A DNA stretch of 60,864 bases from Rhina ancylostomus (Eukaryota): the NCBI GenBank assembly GCA_030265395.1, contig JARFYF010000036.1, forward strand, positions 14,989,693 through 15,050,556, in the 5' to 3' direction. Below the pieces are notes generated by a model. The model was given only the letters and a program-made list of their open reading frames with translations. It did not search any database and was not told the DNA's origin. Made by a program: the position numbers and the translations under genes. Of this stretch, positions 24,030 to 37,119 are shown piece after piece (the first letter of the stretch is position 1; the number at the start of each line of letters is the position of its first letter).

Positions 24030-24765
24030 ATTATTATCGTCACGTATACCAAAATACAGTGAAAATCTTTGTTTGCATGCCATCGAGGCAGATCATGCCA
24101 TACATTATAACATTTAGCAGTAGAAGAGAACAGGATGCAGAATATAGTGATGCAGCTGCCGAAGAAATGCAGTGAAGGTAAACAAAGTGGAAGGGACGCA
24201 ACAAGGCAGAACAGGAGATGGATTTAATCCTTAGCATAAGAAAGGTCCATTCAAGAGTCTGATAACAGTGGGATAGAAGCTGTCCTTGAGTCTGATGGTA
24301 TGTGCATTCAAGCTTTTGTATCTTCTGCCTGATGGGAGAGGGGAGAAAAGAGAATGACTGAGGTAGGAGGGGTCCTTTGTTGGTTGCTTTCCTGAGACAG
24401 CAGTCTCCCTCTCAACTTGCACTTGTGTCATTATGTTTACTTTGTCATGCAAGTTATGTATAATTTATCGTAATTTAAGTTTATGTTAAGTTATGTTTGT
24501 AATGTACTGTGCTGCTGCTACAAGAAGCTAATTTTCATTGCATTTATACCCTGTGTATGTATGCCCAGGAAAATAAACTTGAACTTGAGTCAATGGAGGG
24601 GAGGGTAGTTTGCATGATGGACTGGTCTGTGTTCACAACTCTCTCCAATTTCTTGCGGTTTTAGGCAGAGCAGTTGCTATACCAAGCTGTGATGCATCCG
24701 ATAGGATCCTTTCTATGGTGCATCTGTAAAGATTGGTAAGAGTCATCAGGGATATGCCAAATTGC
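24030..24765 (-). mobile_element. Rex1/Babar LINE 3' fragment, with a + strand tail inserted at ~24410-24588
   Basis: Minus ORFs read SHSLFSPLPSGRRYKSL..RLKDSFYPTVIRLLN and GCITAWYSNCSA, characteristic of the Rex1 C-terminus. Confidence 0.8.
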
Positions 24766-26664
24766 AGTGCAAAGCAGAAAGAGCAGTTGGAAGTGATAGG
24801 TGGAATATGACGTAGTAGACCAGAAGACGAGGGCTAGGAGAGGATGGTTGAAGAGCAAAAGTTTTAGTTTCGCATTTAAAGTTTCAAGAATGTTCTTCAA
24901 GGGTTATTAAAGATGTGCAGTACTATCATTACAGCTGTAAACTCAATTCTTTCAGGAGAATGCTGATAATTAGAAGATAATTGTAATGTTTAAAAAAAGG
25001 TGGTTAGTTAACAGTTCAAATTGTTGCACAAAGGATATTGCTAAAGAAATCAAACAGGAAGCTAAAAGAAAACTTTTAAACTTTAAAACTAACAGTGAGG
25101 AAGGTAACACATATTCAAAAAGCCAGCTTCATCAGGCTGTTTGTGTAAACCAGCTTTAGGTGCTTTTTCCAAGGGGTTCTGTTGTGCCCGAGCCCATAAC
25201 AAATTATCTCTCCTCATCTTCCTCAGCCTATTAGTCCATTCTCATCCAGCTGCAAGATGGTAGAGGTGCTTTAGAGGGGTAAGGGTTAAGGCTTTTAACA
25301 TTGACACTGTCTAGCATTTATACTCGGAACCTTGTTCAGAGAGCTATCTCATTGTACTTATTAAGGCAGCAGATAAATAAGTGGAGACCAATAGTTGGAA
25401 GAAGCAGAAAATGATGTGGTTTACTGAGTGTCTCCAAGAGAATTGTGTTAAATATGTCCTTGGAAGCGGGTTTGAGGAACATGTAGAGAATATCTCAAAC
25501 TGAGTTCCCAAGGATCGTGCTGAAGATTGAATGCAGTTAGTGAATTCAAGAAGCAAGTTTAAAAGTAGTGACTGTGTTTCGGCCTCTGGTTTGTTTAAAG
25601 TAACAAACCAGTTTGATGCTGGCTGAATTATTTATTTGTTATTGTATACAGCTAATCCTGGTATTGATCTCTGTTTTCATTGTCAGTGATCCAAAGCAAA
25701 ATGCTTTTTCTCTGCTGGCAAATTTATTGCTTGTTTCCTGGATTTAATGTTTACATAAAACAGTTCACATTAATCACAAGTTAGCATTATCTCTGAAATT
25801 CCCTTTTGAAAATTGATTTTATTGTCAAGATGTTGTTTTCCATTAGGCTGACTGAATCTACACTTGAAACTTAGGACCCTTGGACCTGATATTATACATA
25901 CAAGGAAAGCACAATGGCCAAGGTTGATTAGTTTGAGAAGGTCTGGAATGGAGGCCTGAATGTCCTTGGTGTCCAGCAACCAGAGATAGACAGTAAGGAA
26001 ATACTTCTGAAATTCTGCGGCATCTAACACTTAATTTAGAGGCTGCAGCCAAGTTTCCATTGAACACAAATCCAGATGATTTTTTTTATTTTATACTTCT
26101 TTGGCAAGGATACAACAAAACGATAACCTGGTAACTTTCCAGATGATCACTGGGCTTTAGGAGACTATCTTCCTACCATTTGTTAGTACATATAAATTAC
26201 ATTCTGCAGACATTAGAACAACAGTGAATTTAACTTATGAACAATTTTGTCCCATATGAATAAGTTCATCATTCACCAAAATTTTAACTTGGACTTACTT
26301 CATCCACTTTTAGCTCAAAAATTAGAAGAATATTTTGAAACCTACTATGATGTCAAAGGCTGAGAAATCTAACTGTCTTTCTCAGTGTTACTTAATTGGA
26401 CTTTATCTGGAGGGTAACGTAGTAATGATTATTTCAGGATCACTTTACACATTGCAGAAATGCAACCTGACACTTCCTAGAGTGAATTTCCATTGCATTC
26501 TTAACAGAATCAGTTGTGCATGGAATGAGGTAATTCCCCATTCCAAAGGAATGTAGACCAAATTGTCCCAGGAATGACCATTGTTGAGCACTCCTAAAAC
26601 AATAAGGTTTTAATGACATGGCACTGGGATGCGATTCTTATAATGTAAATCTTTTATTCAGATT

Positions 26665-26878
26665 CCAGCATCATGCCATTGGCTGTCTCACAAACTGATG
26701 CCCTGTAGTTCTTGATTCCCAACCTTGGGAAAAAGACAGAGTGCCTTCACCCTATCTGTGCCCCCTCATGATTTTATGCACCTCTGTGGGATCACCTCTC
26801 AGTCTCCTACAAGAGAATGAGGGGGATAAAAAAGTCCTAGCCTGTCTAACTTCTCCCTATAACTCAGTCCCTCGAGTA
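26665..26878 (-). mobile_element. CR1 3' fragment
   Basis: caccctatctgtgccccctcatgattttatgcacctctgtgggatcacctctcagtctcct is the reverse of RGDLIEVYKIMRG.DRV-type sequence. Confidence 0.7.
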
Positions 26879-27289
26879 ATAGTAGAGCTTACTATCATGA
26901 AGATATGACCAATAGTGATGGATCAATTGCAAATTTTGAAGCATGCAAGAGTCTAGAATTGGAGGAGTGCAGATGTTTTGCAGGTTTGTTGGTCTAAGAG
27001 AAAATTATAGGCAAAAGAGAGGAGGTGAGACCATGGAGGGGTTAGGAAAAGAAGAATGAAATTTTAAAATTAAGACTTTACCTAACTGGGAACCAATAAA
27101 GATCGGCAAGCAAAGGGAGAAAGGGTGAGCTCGGACAGAGATAACTGACTGAAAGATTATTCAGAGGAACATAAGCAAGGCCAGCCAGGGGTATGTTGAA
27201 ATCGTCAGTTCTGGAGGTAGTGGTGATATGGATGAGAGTTTCAGCAGCAGGCAGGTTGAGGCAAGGTGTGTTACCATTGTATAGTACCT

Positions 27290-27880
27290 GGATCATTGGA
27301 GATGTGAGTTTTAAATCTCACCTTGGGGAATTTAAATTCAGATAAAGAAATACATCTGGAACAAAAAGCTAGAATCATTGAAAATACTGGATTGTTGTTA
27401 AATTCATCTGTTTTATTAATGTTCTTATGGATAACAATGCAGAAGCAAGCCTGTTCGACTCATTCAGTCCCTGTGGTTCCTGGGGAACAATCCTATTAGT
27501 TTCATTCCCCTCACCTTGTATCCCTATACCCTGTAACTTATTCCCTCTCACACATGCCCATCAACTCCCCTTTGAATATTTTTTTGCCATTAACCTAACA
27601 GCAAAGGACATGGAAATCTTAGAGAAAGAACATGCAGCCCCAAGGTCAGTATTGAACCAGGATCTGTGAGGCAGCAGCACTAACTGTGCTGTGGAAATCT
27701 CCTATCACTCCCTTCACACCACAGTCTGGCCTATATTTGAGTCCAACTGCAAAACAACAAGGTTCTTATTAGCCCTCTGAAATAGCCAAAGAAGCCATTT
27801 ATTTTGGGGGCAATAAGGGACAGGCAATAAATACTGGGCTAGTCAGCAATACCCATGTTCTTATCATGGATTCACAACAA
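27290..27880 (+). mobile_element. Old SINE interrupted by an inverted HE1-like SINE (~27430-27692)
   Basis: Outer element ends gggcaataagggacaggcaataaatactgggctagtcagc. Inner element has a reversed tRNA head (attgaaccaggatctgtgaggcagcagcactaac). Confidence 0.5.
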
Positions 27881-30086
27881 AAAAAAAGCCAGATTGGGCA
27901 AGATTGCAAAAGTGAGTACAAGTGGTCTTCGAGTAGGTGACCATATGAGATATGAAACTCATCTCAGGATATGGTATGACAGGAATGTTGCAAATAGACT
28001 GATAAAATTTTGGAGAGCTGCCAAGGAGAATGGAATAAATGGTTAGAGAATGGAGTTTGTGATGAAACATTATGACTGTGCTTTTGGACTTCCAAAATTT
28101 AAATGCAGGAAACTTGTGCCCATTTAGTCCTGAATGATGGATTAAGCAATTTGTCAATTTAGAGAGTGCAGAGGTCAAAAGAGGTGGTAGGTATGGGAAG
28201 CTGATGTTGCCAGCATACATCTAGAAACTGTTCCTATCTTTCGAGCAATAGGTAAAGGGAGGAAGATCCAATGATTAATCCCAAGGAACATCAAGGATTG
28301 ACCCCAAGGAACCCATGAGAGATAACAGTTGTGGGTATGGAAAGCAAAGCCATTACTCATGATCCTCTACCCATGGCTAGAAAGATGAGAATGGCACCAG
28401 CTGTAGTTCCTCAAGTTGAGCAATGATGGAAAGCCATCTGGAATACTTAATTTTAGATCAAACTGTACTGCCATGATAAGAATATTAATTCAATATAAAC
28501 TAAAGGATTAAGAAGAATTTAGTGTATGATGACATGGGTCAATTACTTCTGTAAAGCACTCCCTTATCACTAGAGTAGATCAGTTATCTATTTTTTGCAA
28601 TCAGCCCCAGAATCCATTGATAGGAGTGAATAAGCTTGCCCCCATCTCCAGCTCACTGTCCAATAAAACCCATTTATATTCATGATCTCTAAGAACAGGA
28701 ACAGGCTCACCTGTGAGGTACAACCTAGTTATCTAGACTTTGGTACTCACAGAAGAGAAGGTCGACATTCAGAATGGCTTTCCAGCTGAAGATTGTTGCC
28801 GCCCTATAGAACAATTATCATTTTCACTAGTGCAAGGGGAGTCTAGCGTGAGGGGAGGGAACTGCTTAAGTTGAATTGGATTTGAAAGATCAAAAAAAAT
28901 TGGGGAGTTGGATGATATGAACAAAAAGATTCCAATCTCATGAAAGTCTAGACTTTTCATTCACCACATTTTAAGCAAACATTAAGGGTAACCTTTGTCT
29001 GCAGTGCCATGTTTTGTTCAGGATCATGCTGAAGACTAAAACTTCTGCATTGGACTCCATTGAAGGCATAGTGGGTGAAGGCATTATCCACCCAATGTGG
29101 TCCTCAGAGCTTGTTCTCAGAGGAGCACTTGGAATTCTTTAATTGTGCTTAGGAAAAAAAAAGTATCAGTCAAGCTTCTTCCCCCCTGATATTTGAGCAT
29201 GCTGATTGTTGAAAAATCTGTGTTTCGCTGTGTGTCTGTACAGCATTGAGGGCAGGGTTAGTCTTGGGTATGGCTGTGCATCAAAATGAAATAGCTTGTT
29301 GATGCTTGATATCGAGCCTTATCCATGAAGAATAACAAAGCTATCATCATCTGTCAAACAATACCCCAGCAAGTATCATGGTCCTTGAGAAAGGTTGGAA
29401 GAAAAGCAGATAGATGTGAAGGAGGCCTTACTTGGTGACACTTTGAAGTTGATAACAAAACACTTACTGAGGTAATCTTTGCCAAGCAGCATTTTGTGGC
29501 ATTTCTCTAGACTAAAATGCCTTGCTTGGTGAAAATTTAGATACCATCATGACCCACTATTTGTTCCTTTAATTGTAAAAAGAAACATAATTGGCTTTTG
29601 CTCTCTTTAGGTTTGGTTTAATTTGGGATGGAAAGAGTAAACAGAATAAAGTAATTTATATTCTCCATCTGATAGCATTGTAACTTATAACGTACTGCTG
29701 TCTGTTATCGTGCTAATCAACAAAATAGATCTGAGGTTTAGAGAGAAACTCATTTTATAAAACATTATTCTAACCAGAGTTTAGTTTCATTCTGATAAGA
29801 TTGCCTCTGTTTTGCAGAATATGTAGATGATCTTTAGAGAAATGATTTTCAGCAGCGATAGCAGCGAGCTTTGACATCAGATTCTAGGCGCTGCTAAAAC
29901 TGATAGCAGCAAGCACCAAAAGTCGGGTGTCAGCTGCTTCCAACATTTATATTGTGGGATCTTGTGCTGATAACTTGATTATTAACATTCACTTATACAA
30001 TGCAAAATAGAAGTATTTTTTAAAACAAAAGGTTTCTAAGAAATGGAGAACATTTAATTATATATTAAATATTTTGTTTTGTACAG

Positions 30087-30257
30087 TTTCTAACCGTTTA
30101 TCAGAGTTTGGCTTTGAACAAAGTTATCAGACTTATCTACCAAGTACCAGCAGTGCAGGTCCAGTTGCCAATCTATCTCGAGGACTCACCAGACTAACTG
30201 CAAAAAAATCAAAATCAAATTCAACATCACAGAAGAAGTTAACATGCTGTTACCCAG
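30087..30257 (+). CDS. ZFP64: ZFP64 coding exon 3
   Basis: Encodes VSNRLSEFGFEQSYQTYLP...KKLTCCYP, compared with recalled human VSAPEFVFEHGYQTYLP...KRLNCCYP. Acceptor ttttgtacag| ends at 30086, donor GTATGT at 30258, 171 nt, phase 1-1. Confidence 0.93.
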
Positions 30258-31226
30258 GTATGTATAGGCCACTATAAATGATTCATCATCTGGGTTCGAT
30301 TCTAATCTTATGAAGTCCCAGTCCTAATCATACTGTACACATAGGGAGTTAACTGAAAACTCAGCTTTGGCTTTTGCATTGTGGCTAAAGTCACATCTAC
30401 CAAACTAAAACAGTTTCCTCACAGCACAGTTCTATCTTCTAGCTTGTCCAACACAGACACTCAATATAACATTATTTTGCTAGTGATTCAGTCATGTCCT
30501 GGCACTTTCCATTGCNNNNNNNNNNTGAGAAATGGGGTGGGTGGGAAGAAGTGGTGGGGGGGTGGGGAAGAGGGGAATTAAATCTCATTCTACCCAACTT
30601 CCACCATAGATAAAAGACCCAGTGAGATTTCTTTAGTGAATGAAAGTCAACTCTGCCAGTGCCCACTCACAACTTGGGGGCATAATGGACATAGTGGACA
30701 AAAGTTGAAGCATAATTCCAGTAACTGTCTTTTGAGAGTTGGTCTGAGTTCTGTTGGCAGTCATTCTATAGGCCCTGTGACTGTATCTAGAAACTTTGCC
30801 ATAAACTGGAAGACTCGTTTCTCCAGAAGAAAATAGACCATATTTTGGTGACCCTCACTGATCTTTCTTCTGCTTTTGGAGTGAAAAACCACCAGTCTGA
30901 GTTTCACTCCCAATGAATTGGAGTGGATGCTCCTAAAAGTGAGACCACTTGCTTCAAACGTGTAATTGACACTATCTAATAATTGGGGATTGACTATAGA
31001 TTTTCTCTTTGCTAGTCTGGGAATTCACTCCATTTCACTTCAGTGGTCCTTGCCTATAAACTGCAATTTTGTTTCTTTTGCATTTAGTGTATCAATTATC
31101 AAAAACCCAAGTAATTCACCGATTTTGTTTTTGCAGCTTAATGTATAATAGCTGCTGCAGTGATGGTTAAAGAATTTCAATTCATTTTGCTGCTTAGGTT
31201 TTCAATCTAATCTGCTTATGTTGATG

Positions 31227-31505
31227 TAAGATATCTTTATTAGTCACATGTACACGGTGAACTGCATCTTTTGTGTAGAATGTTCTGGGGGCAGCCCACG
31301 AGCGTCACCGTGCTTCTGGCGCAAACATAGCATGCCCACAAGTTCCTAACCCGTACATCTTTGCAATGTGGGAGGAAACTGGGGCACCCGGAGGAAACCC
31401 ACGCAGACACAGGGAGAACACACAAACTCTTACAGACAATGGCTGGAATTGAACCCGGGTCGCTGGCGCTGTAATAGGGTTACGTTAACCACTACACTAC
31501 CATGC
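31227..31505 (-). mobile_element. tRNA-derived V-SINE, copy 1
   Basis: Minus strand has A box TAGTGTAGTGG, B box GGTTCAATTCC (31445-31455) and V-domain tctgcgtgggtttcctccgggtg..tttcctcccaca. Highly similar to 52075-52366. Confidence 0.88.
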
Positions 31506-33361
31506 TTACCTTATACTGGGTTGCAGCATCTTTCTTTATTCATTACTGAATATGAATGCACTCTAGTTGTGCCTGCAACAGAAAGGAACTGATTCATACC
31601 AAAGACCTTCAGTTTATTATGGAACTGTGCCCCTTTTCCCCGTCTTTAGTCCTAATATTCCTGGATCTTATGCTGAAAGTTGTTGAATAAGACTAAAAAA
31701 CAACTTACCTTTAATGTATTGAAGTGTCCCAAGTGAAGCATCATGCTAGAGATATGTACTAATCTCCTCAGTTTAATTCTTTTAGGCCCTGTAAAGGTCT
31801 TATTATGGCCACTGTTCAGTAGCCTTCTGTATAAATTACAGTATGAAGTTCAAGCCCACTCATAGCCATAGAATAGGTAACACACATATTTGTCAAAGAT
31901 TATGACAATATAACACAAACACTCAAACTTTGTTACAAGAGACTGCCAAATACAATCCATTTACTTGCTCTGAGAAGAAAATTCAGCCTGATTATTTCAA
32001 TAAAGTGGGAACACAGAGAATTTCTTATCATCACCTGCTTTTAGTATAGACATTATGTTAGTGAAAGGTCTTGTAATCTGCAGGAAGCTGATACATGGTA
32101 AGCTACAGAAATTGCTGTAACCTGTAAACAGCAATTGTCTGTGGAATTTAAAATGTTGCAGTGCAAGTTCGATACCATAAAGTGGGAATTTATTAACACC
32201 AATGTGTTACAGCAAGAGGTATGTTAAATTTCAGTATTGCAGTGAGAGCTACAGAACACTATGGTTTTATTTTCCTTTAATAGATTTTTACATGCAGTGA
32301 GATTGAGTGTAGATCTATGTTTAAACAAAATTGATCTGTTTATATACATTTTTTTGCCAATAATGTGATTTGAGAAATAATATTGCCTCAAAATGTACAC
32401 ACTTCCTATTTTACATTCACCATGAGAAACTACAGAGGTTGCATTTTCTCCCAGTGTGTGAATTTTTTCATTAATCCACATGGCCTGGAATCATATTTGG
32501 CTTATAGGCGGCCATCACTTCCCTAGGCATAATATTCAAGTCTTTTTGTTCATTTGCTTCTCTCCTAAAATCAAGGCGTTTCCATGATTTGCCATTCGCA
32601 TGATTTGCATTCGCCAAATCCCCCAGGAAAATGTGAACCTAGACAATGAACACCTTCAGGCTATTTCATTGTGTGCCCTTCACAGCTAATTCTGATCTTG
32701 CTCCCAATTATTAGTATTCATAAATCTAAACACCAACTCGAATTTGTACAAAACCTTGAATATATTAACATTTTCAAGGTGTTTCACAGAACTCTACCAC
32801 TCAAAATTTTACAATAAGTCACAAAGTTATCAGGACAACTGACGAAAGACTTGATCATAGCAAAGAGTGTCAGAAGAGAGAATTGTAAAAACAAAGAAGG
32901 TTTGAGTGGTAATTCCAGAACAGTTTGCCTAGACAGATGGAAGCAAAGCCATCAATGGTGGGGTGATAGAAATCAGGGCTGGCATAAAGATCAGAATGGG
33001 AGATAACTTTGCAGAGGGGAGGATATTGAGATGGGTATTGGGAGAGAGGTATGGGGATTTGATGGTGGAGAGGTAGGTACAAGCAAAAATGANNNNNNNN
33101 NNNNNNNNNNNNNNNNGAAAACAAAGGTATTTTTTTAATTTTTCATTTTTTTAAAATATCTCCTGGGAATTTGATATCAAGGACAATTGTGTCATTCTCC
33201 ATTTCTACTTATAGCTAATTCAGCCTAATCATTAAGGAAACATAAGACACATCCAATCTGTAGAGCTTAGAAATATATCAAGCAATGGTAAGTTGCTGAG
33301 TCATTGGGAGAACCAAAGAAGTTATATCATATAATGTATGCAAATTTTTTTTTGGGTCTAG

Positions 33362-33424
33362 GTTGTGCATTTAAAACATCGCATGGAAATAAAGATTTAG
33401 ATCGACATTTAAGAACTCACACGG
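33362..33424 (+). CDS. ZFP64: ZFP64 coding exon 4 (second half of C2H2 finger 1)
   Basis: Encodes GCAFKTSHGNKDLDRHLRTHT. Acceptor t-run..gtctag| ends at 33361, donor GTAAGA at 33425, 63 nt. Confidence 0.93.
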
Positions 33425-33449
33425 GTAAGACCTGTTTCTTGTATTGTTT

Positions 33450-33670
33450 GAAAAGCAGAAGACTTCAGATTCTGGAAATCAGATATAAAAGCAGGAAATG
33501 CCAGAAGTAGTCAGGAGATCCGAAAACATCTGTGGAGAGAGAAACTGGAGTTAATATTTTGAGTCAATGTCCTTTCATCAGAACTGACCATCAACCTAAA
33601 ATGTTAACTTGAAAAGTTAACTCTGTTTCTCACCAGCTGATTATTTTCAACATTTTCTGCTTTTTATTTA
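33450..33670. mobile_element. Penelope-derived fold-back element just 3' of exon 4
   Basis: ataaaagcaggaaatg..gagagaaactggagttaa pairs with ttaactctgtttctc..cattttctgctttttat. Confidence 0.6.
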
Positions 33671-34873
33671 TTGTAACTTTACTATTCAAATGGTTGCAGA
33701 TTGTATTTCTAGTGGTTTTACTTATAAGGGGGGTAATCCAATCGACAAGTAAGCAAACCTTTTAACTTGAGGCTGTGGATGTAGGGGGAAATGGCACCTG
33801 CTTTAAAGTTCTCTGGAGATTTTATTATTGCCTTCCCCACTAAAACATTTGAAATATTCCTTTGTCAATTACAGTAGCTATAAATTCAAAATTTGCTTGG
33901 CCATAAAAGACAGAGGGTGGTGGTCAAGGGGTGTTATTCTGCCTGGAGATCTGTGATCAGTGGTGTTCTGCAGGATCAGTGCTGGAACCTCTTTTGATTA
34001 TGATGTAAATAAACAATTTGGATGAAANNNNNNNNNNNNNTGGGCTGATTAGTAAATGCTGTACTGTTGTATGTTCTGTAATATGAAGAAAATAATGCTT
34101 GATTCTTCCCCCATTCAGTCGAAGTAATTGCAATATAACTTATGATTGCCTCTGGCTTACTATTTAAATTTGAGCACAAACTGATAGAATTATTTAAGAG
34201 CTAAAATTTGTAAATGCCTTACTTCATTATTTAATTTCCAGAGTAAGTTTTGAAGCATCTACTTGCAGTGCCATGAAAAGTTTTCTTGCTTCAAATGGTG
34301 CTTCCCTAAGGGGAGTAGGTCTGTGCCTTTGCAAATTTATAGTAATATGGCAAGAGATTTTGAAGATTCTTGGTTGACACTGATACGATCTCTGTTCACT
34401 GTTGATGTTGTGATCTTTTAACAATGCTGTATTTGGAAAGAAAAGGTGGATAATGGGCCTATGCTTTCACTTACCACCTGATTTTGTTTATTTCGTGTTT
34501 GCACAGTCACTGTTCTCTTTCTGCATGTCTTTTTTCAGCATATGTTTAAAATATTTATAATGAATTTCAGGTTGAGACTTATTTTAGTGCATATATGCTT
34601 ATGTAGAAGTGAACTCTTTCATCCTGTCCTCTCATTCGTCTATAGTGTACTGGATCAAGCAATACTCTGAGGCTGAGTCGTTAGCTAATAGCTATGAATT
34701 TCATCACTTCCAACTTGATTCTGATAGTTAATAAAATGTGCTTTCCCTGCCTCAATTGAAGTTACAACACATATTTATATAAGAACATATAGCATGAAAT
34801 AAGACCTTGCATTTTCGTCTAGATAGGCACATTTTCTTTTCCAAACTTACAATTTTAAATTTCTGTTTTGTAG

Positions 34874-35125
34874 GTGAAAAACCATTTAAATGTGATCTTT
34901 GCAACAAGAGATTCAGTCGCCTGGATAAGCTGAAGATGCACAATCGCTCACACACTGGAGAGAAGCCACACAAGTGCCAACACTGTAACTACGCTGCTGC
35001 TGATAGCAGCAGCCTGAAAAAACACCTCAGGATCCATTCTGATGAGCGTCCATTTAAATGCCAGATATGCCCATATGCCAGCCATAGCTCCAGCCAGCTC
35101 ATTATTCATCTTCGCTCTCACACTG
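34874..35125 (+). CDS. ZFP64: ZFP64 coding exon 5 (three C2H2 fingers)
   Basis: Encodes GEKPFKCDLC...YAAADSSSLKKHLRIHSDERPFKCQICPYAS...HLRSHT, a signature ZFP64 sequence. Acceptor ttttgtag| ends at 34873, donor GTAAGT at 35126, 252 nt. Confidence 0.96.
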
Positions 35126-35574
35126 GTAAGTCTGCATGATCAGGAAGTTTGCATATTTGAAGAGGCATGTATATAGAGGTTGGGTTAGATTACATTCATG
35201 GTTAGGCAGCAGTTCCTTATGTTCCGGATTTGTGTGCCTGCATATTGCAGAGCATCTGACCTCATGCTCCATTCCCAGACTCATCAGTGAGGGCTGGTTC
35301 TTGGTCCTACTGAAATGAGAGCCTGTATACACTTCACACCTGACCCCTCAGCATTATGCCTGCTTGCTTATCTAGTGTGGTTAAAAAGGTAGTTAAATTT
35401 CATGGCTTGCTATTTTTACTAAATTAATAGTACTGATTGTAACAGAAAAAATACATTCAAAACCACAATCCTTGCTCTTGGTTGCATGAACTGTGTAAAC
35501 TCTCCTGCAGCAAAATAAAATCTCTTCCCTCACGTCTTCTAACAGCAGAACAAACCTGCAGTCCAGGTGTGAAA

Positions 35575-35886
35575 ATCAAAGAAACTACAGATGGAGGAAA
35601 TCTAAAACAAAAACCGAAAATGCTTGAAATAGTCAGCAGATCAGGCAGCATTTGTGGAAAGAGTAACAGAGTCAAGATTTCAGGTCAGAGATCCTTCATC
35701 AAAGCTAAAAAGGAGACAGAAGAAGCTTGTAAAGCTGTAGAGAGGGTGGGAGAGGGGGATGTCTGACAGGGAAAAACCAGGCTGACTCTGGGGATAAGCT
35801 TATCCTGTGCATGGGAACGGTGAGAGGGTGAGAACAAAGACAAAAGAACCAAGACAAAAGAATGTGGGGGTTACAAGATGCAGAAC
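35575..35886 (-). mobile_element. Penelope-type terminal repeat
   Basis: aaatgcttgaaatagtcagcagatcaggcagcatttgtgg..tttcaggtcagagatccttcatc; inverse of 38609-38710. Confidence 0.6.
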
Positions 35887-35995
35887 NNNNNNNNNNNNNN
35901 NNNNNNNNNNNNNNNNNNNNNNNNNNNNNNNNNNNNNNNNNNNNNNNNNNNNNNNNNNNNNNNNNNNNNNNNNNNNNNNNNNNNNNNNNNNNNNN

Positions 35996-37065
35996 CTGAT
36001 CAGCTATTTGCATTATCTTTAGCCACAGGTCGGGTACCGGAAAACTGGGGGGCATGTCAAACATTGTGCTTTTATTTAAACAGGGCTGCAAGGACAAGCC
36101 AGGGAACTACAATCTGGTGAGCCTAACAACAGTGTTGGGAAAGTTACTGGAGGGGATTCTGAGGGGCAGGATCTACTGGCATTTGGAAAGGCAGGGACTA
36201 ATTAGGGATAGTCAGCATGGCTTTGTGTGTGGGAAATCATGTCTCACAAATTTGACTGAGTTCTTTGAAGAGGTGATTAAGAGGATTGGTGGGGGCAGGG
36301 CAGTGGACATTGTCTAAATGTACTTTGGCAAGACCTTTTACGAGGTCTTGCACGGTAGGTTCGTCCAGAAGATTAGATCACATGGGATCCAAGGTGAACC
36401 AGCCAGTTGGATACAAATTTGACTTGGTGGAAGGAGTCAGAGGATGGCGGTGGAGGGATAGTATTCATCTTGAAGGCCTGTGACCAGTGGCATACCCCAG
36501 AGATCAATACTGTTCTTTGTCATCTATATCACTGATTTAGATGAGAATGCAGTTGGCATGGTTAGAAAGTTTATAGATGACACCAAAATTGGTGGTATAG
36601 TGGACAGTGAAGTGGGTTCTCCAAGACTACAATGGGATTTGAATCAAGTGGGGAAATGAGCCAAAGAATGGCAGATGGAATTTAACTCGGACAAGTGCAA
36701 GTTGTTCACTTTGTAAGTTAAATCAGAGCAGGATTTACACAGTAAATGATAGGGCCCTCCAGACTGTTGTAGAACAGAGAGAACTAGGGATACAGGTACA
36801 TAGTTCCATGAAAGTGAAGAATATGTTGACAGGGTGATGAAGGTGGCATTGAGGATGATGGGTATATGGAATAAGTTGCCAGGGGAAGCTCTAGCAGCGG
36901 GTACCATTACAACATTTAAAAGACATTTAGACAGGTACATGGATAGAAAAGGATTAGAGAGATATGGGCCAAACACAGGCAAATGGGACGTGCTCAGGTA
37001 GACAGCTTGGTCTACATGGACAAGTTGGGCCAAAGGACCTTTCTCCATGCTGTATGACCATTTGA
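35996..37065 (+). mobile_element. CR1 LINE RT fragment with internal deletion and 3' tail
   Basis: ORF 36054 reads KDKPGNYNLVSLTTVLGKLLE..DSQHGFVCGKSCLTNLTEFFEEV; 3' tail gggccaaaggacctttctccatgctgtatga. Confidence 0.9.
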
Positions 37066-37119
37066 CTATCACTGACTAGTAGTACTGACCATCTTCCTCA
37101 CTCAAACTTGGCTCAAAAG

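Noticed and set aside
31440-31505. tRNA-like A/B boxes (also 52300-52366)
   Set aside because: These are SINE heads; there is no complete cloverleaf, so not tRNA genes.
32583-32614. Short tandem duplication catgatttg(c)cattcg, and similar ones at 12471-12497, 57635-57665 and 60348-60371
   Set aside because: Ordinary slippage-type micro-duplications with no evidence of function.
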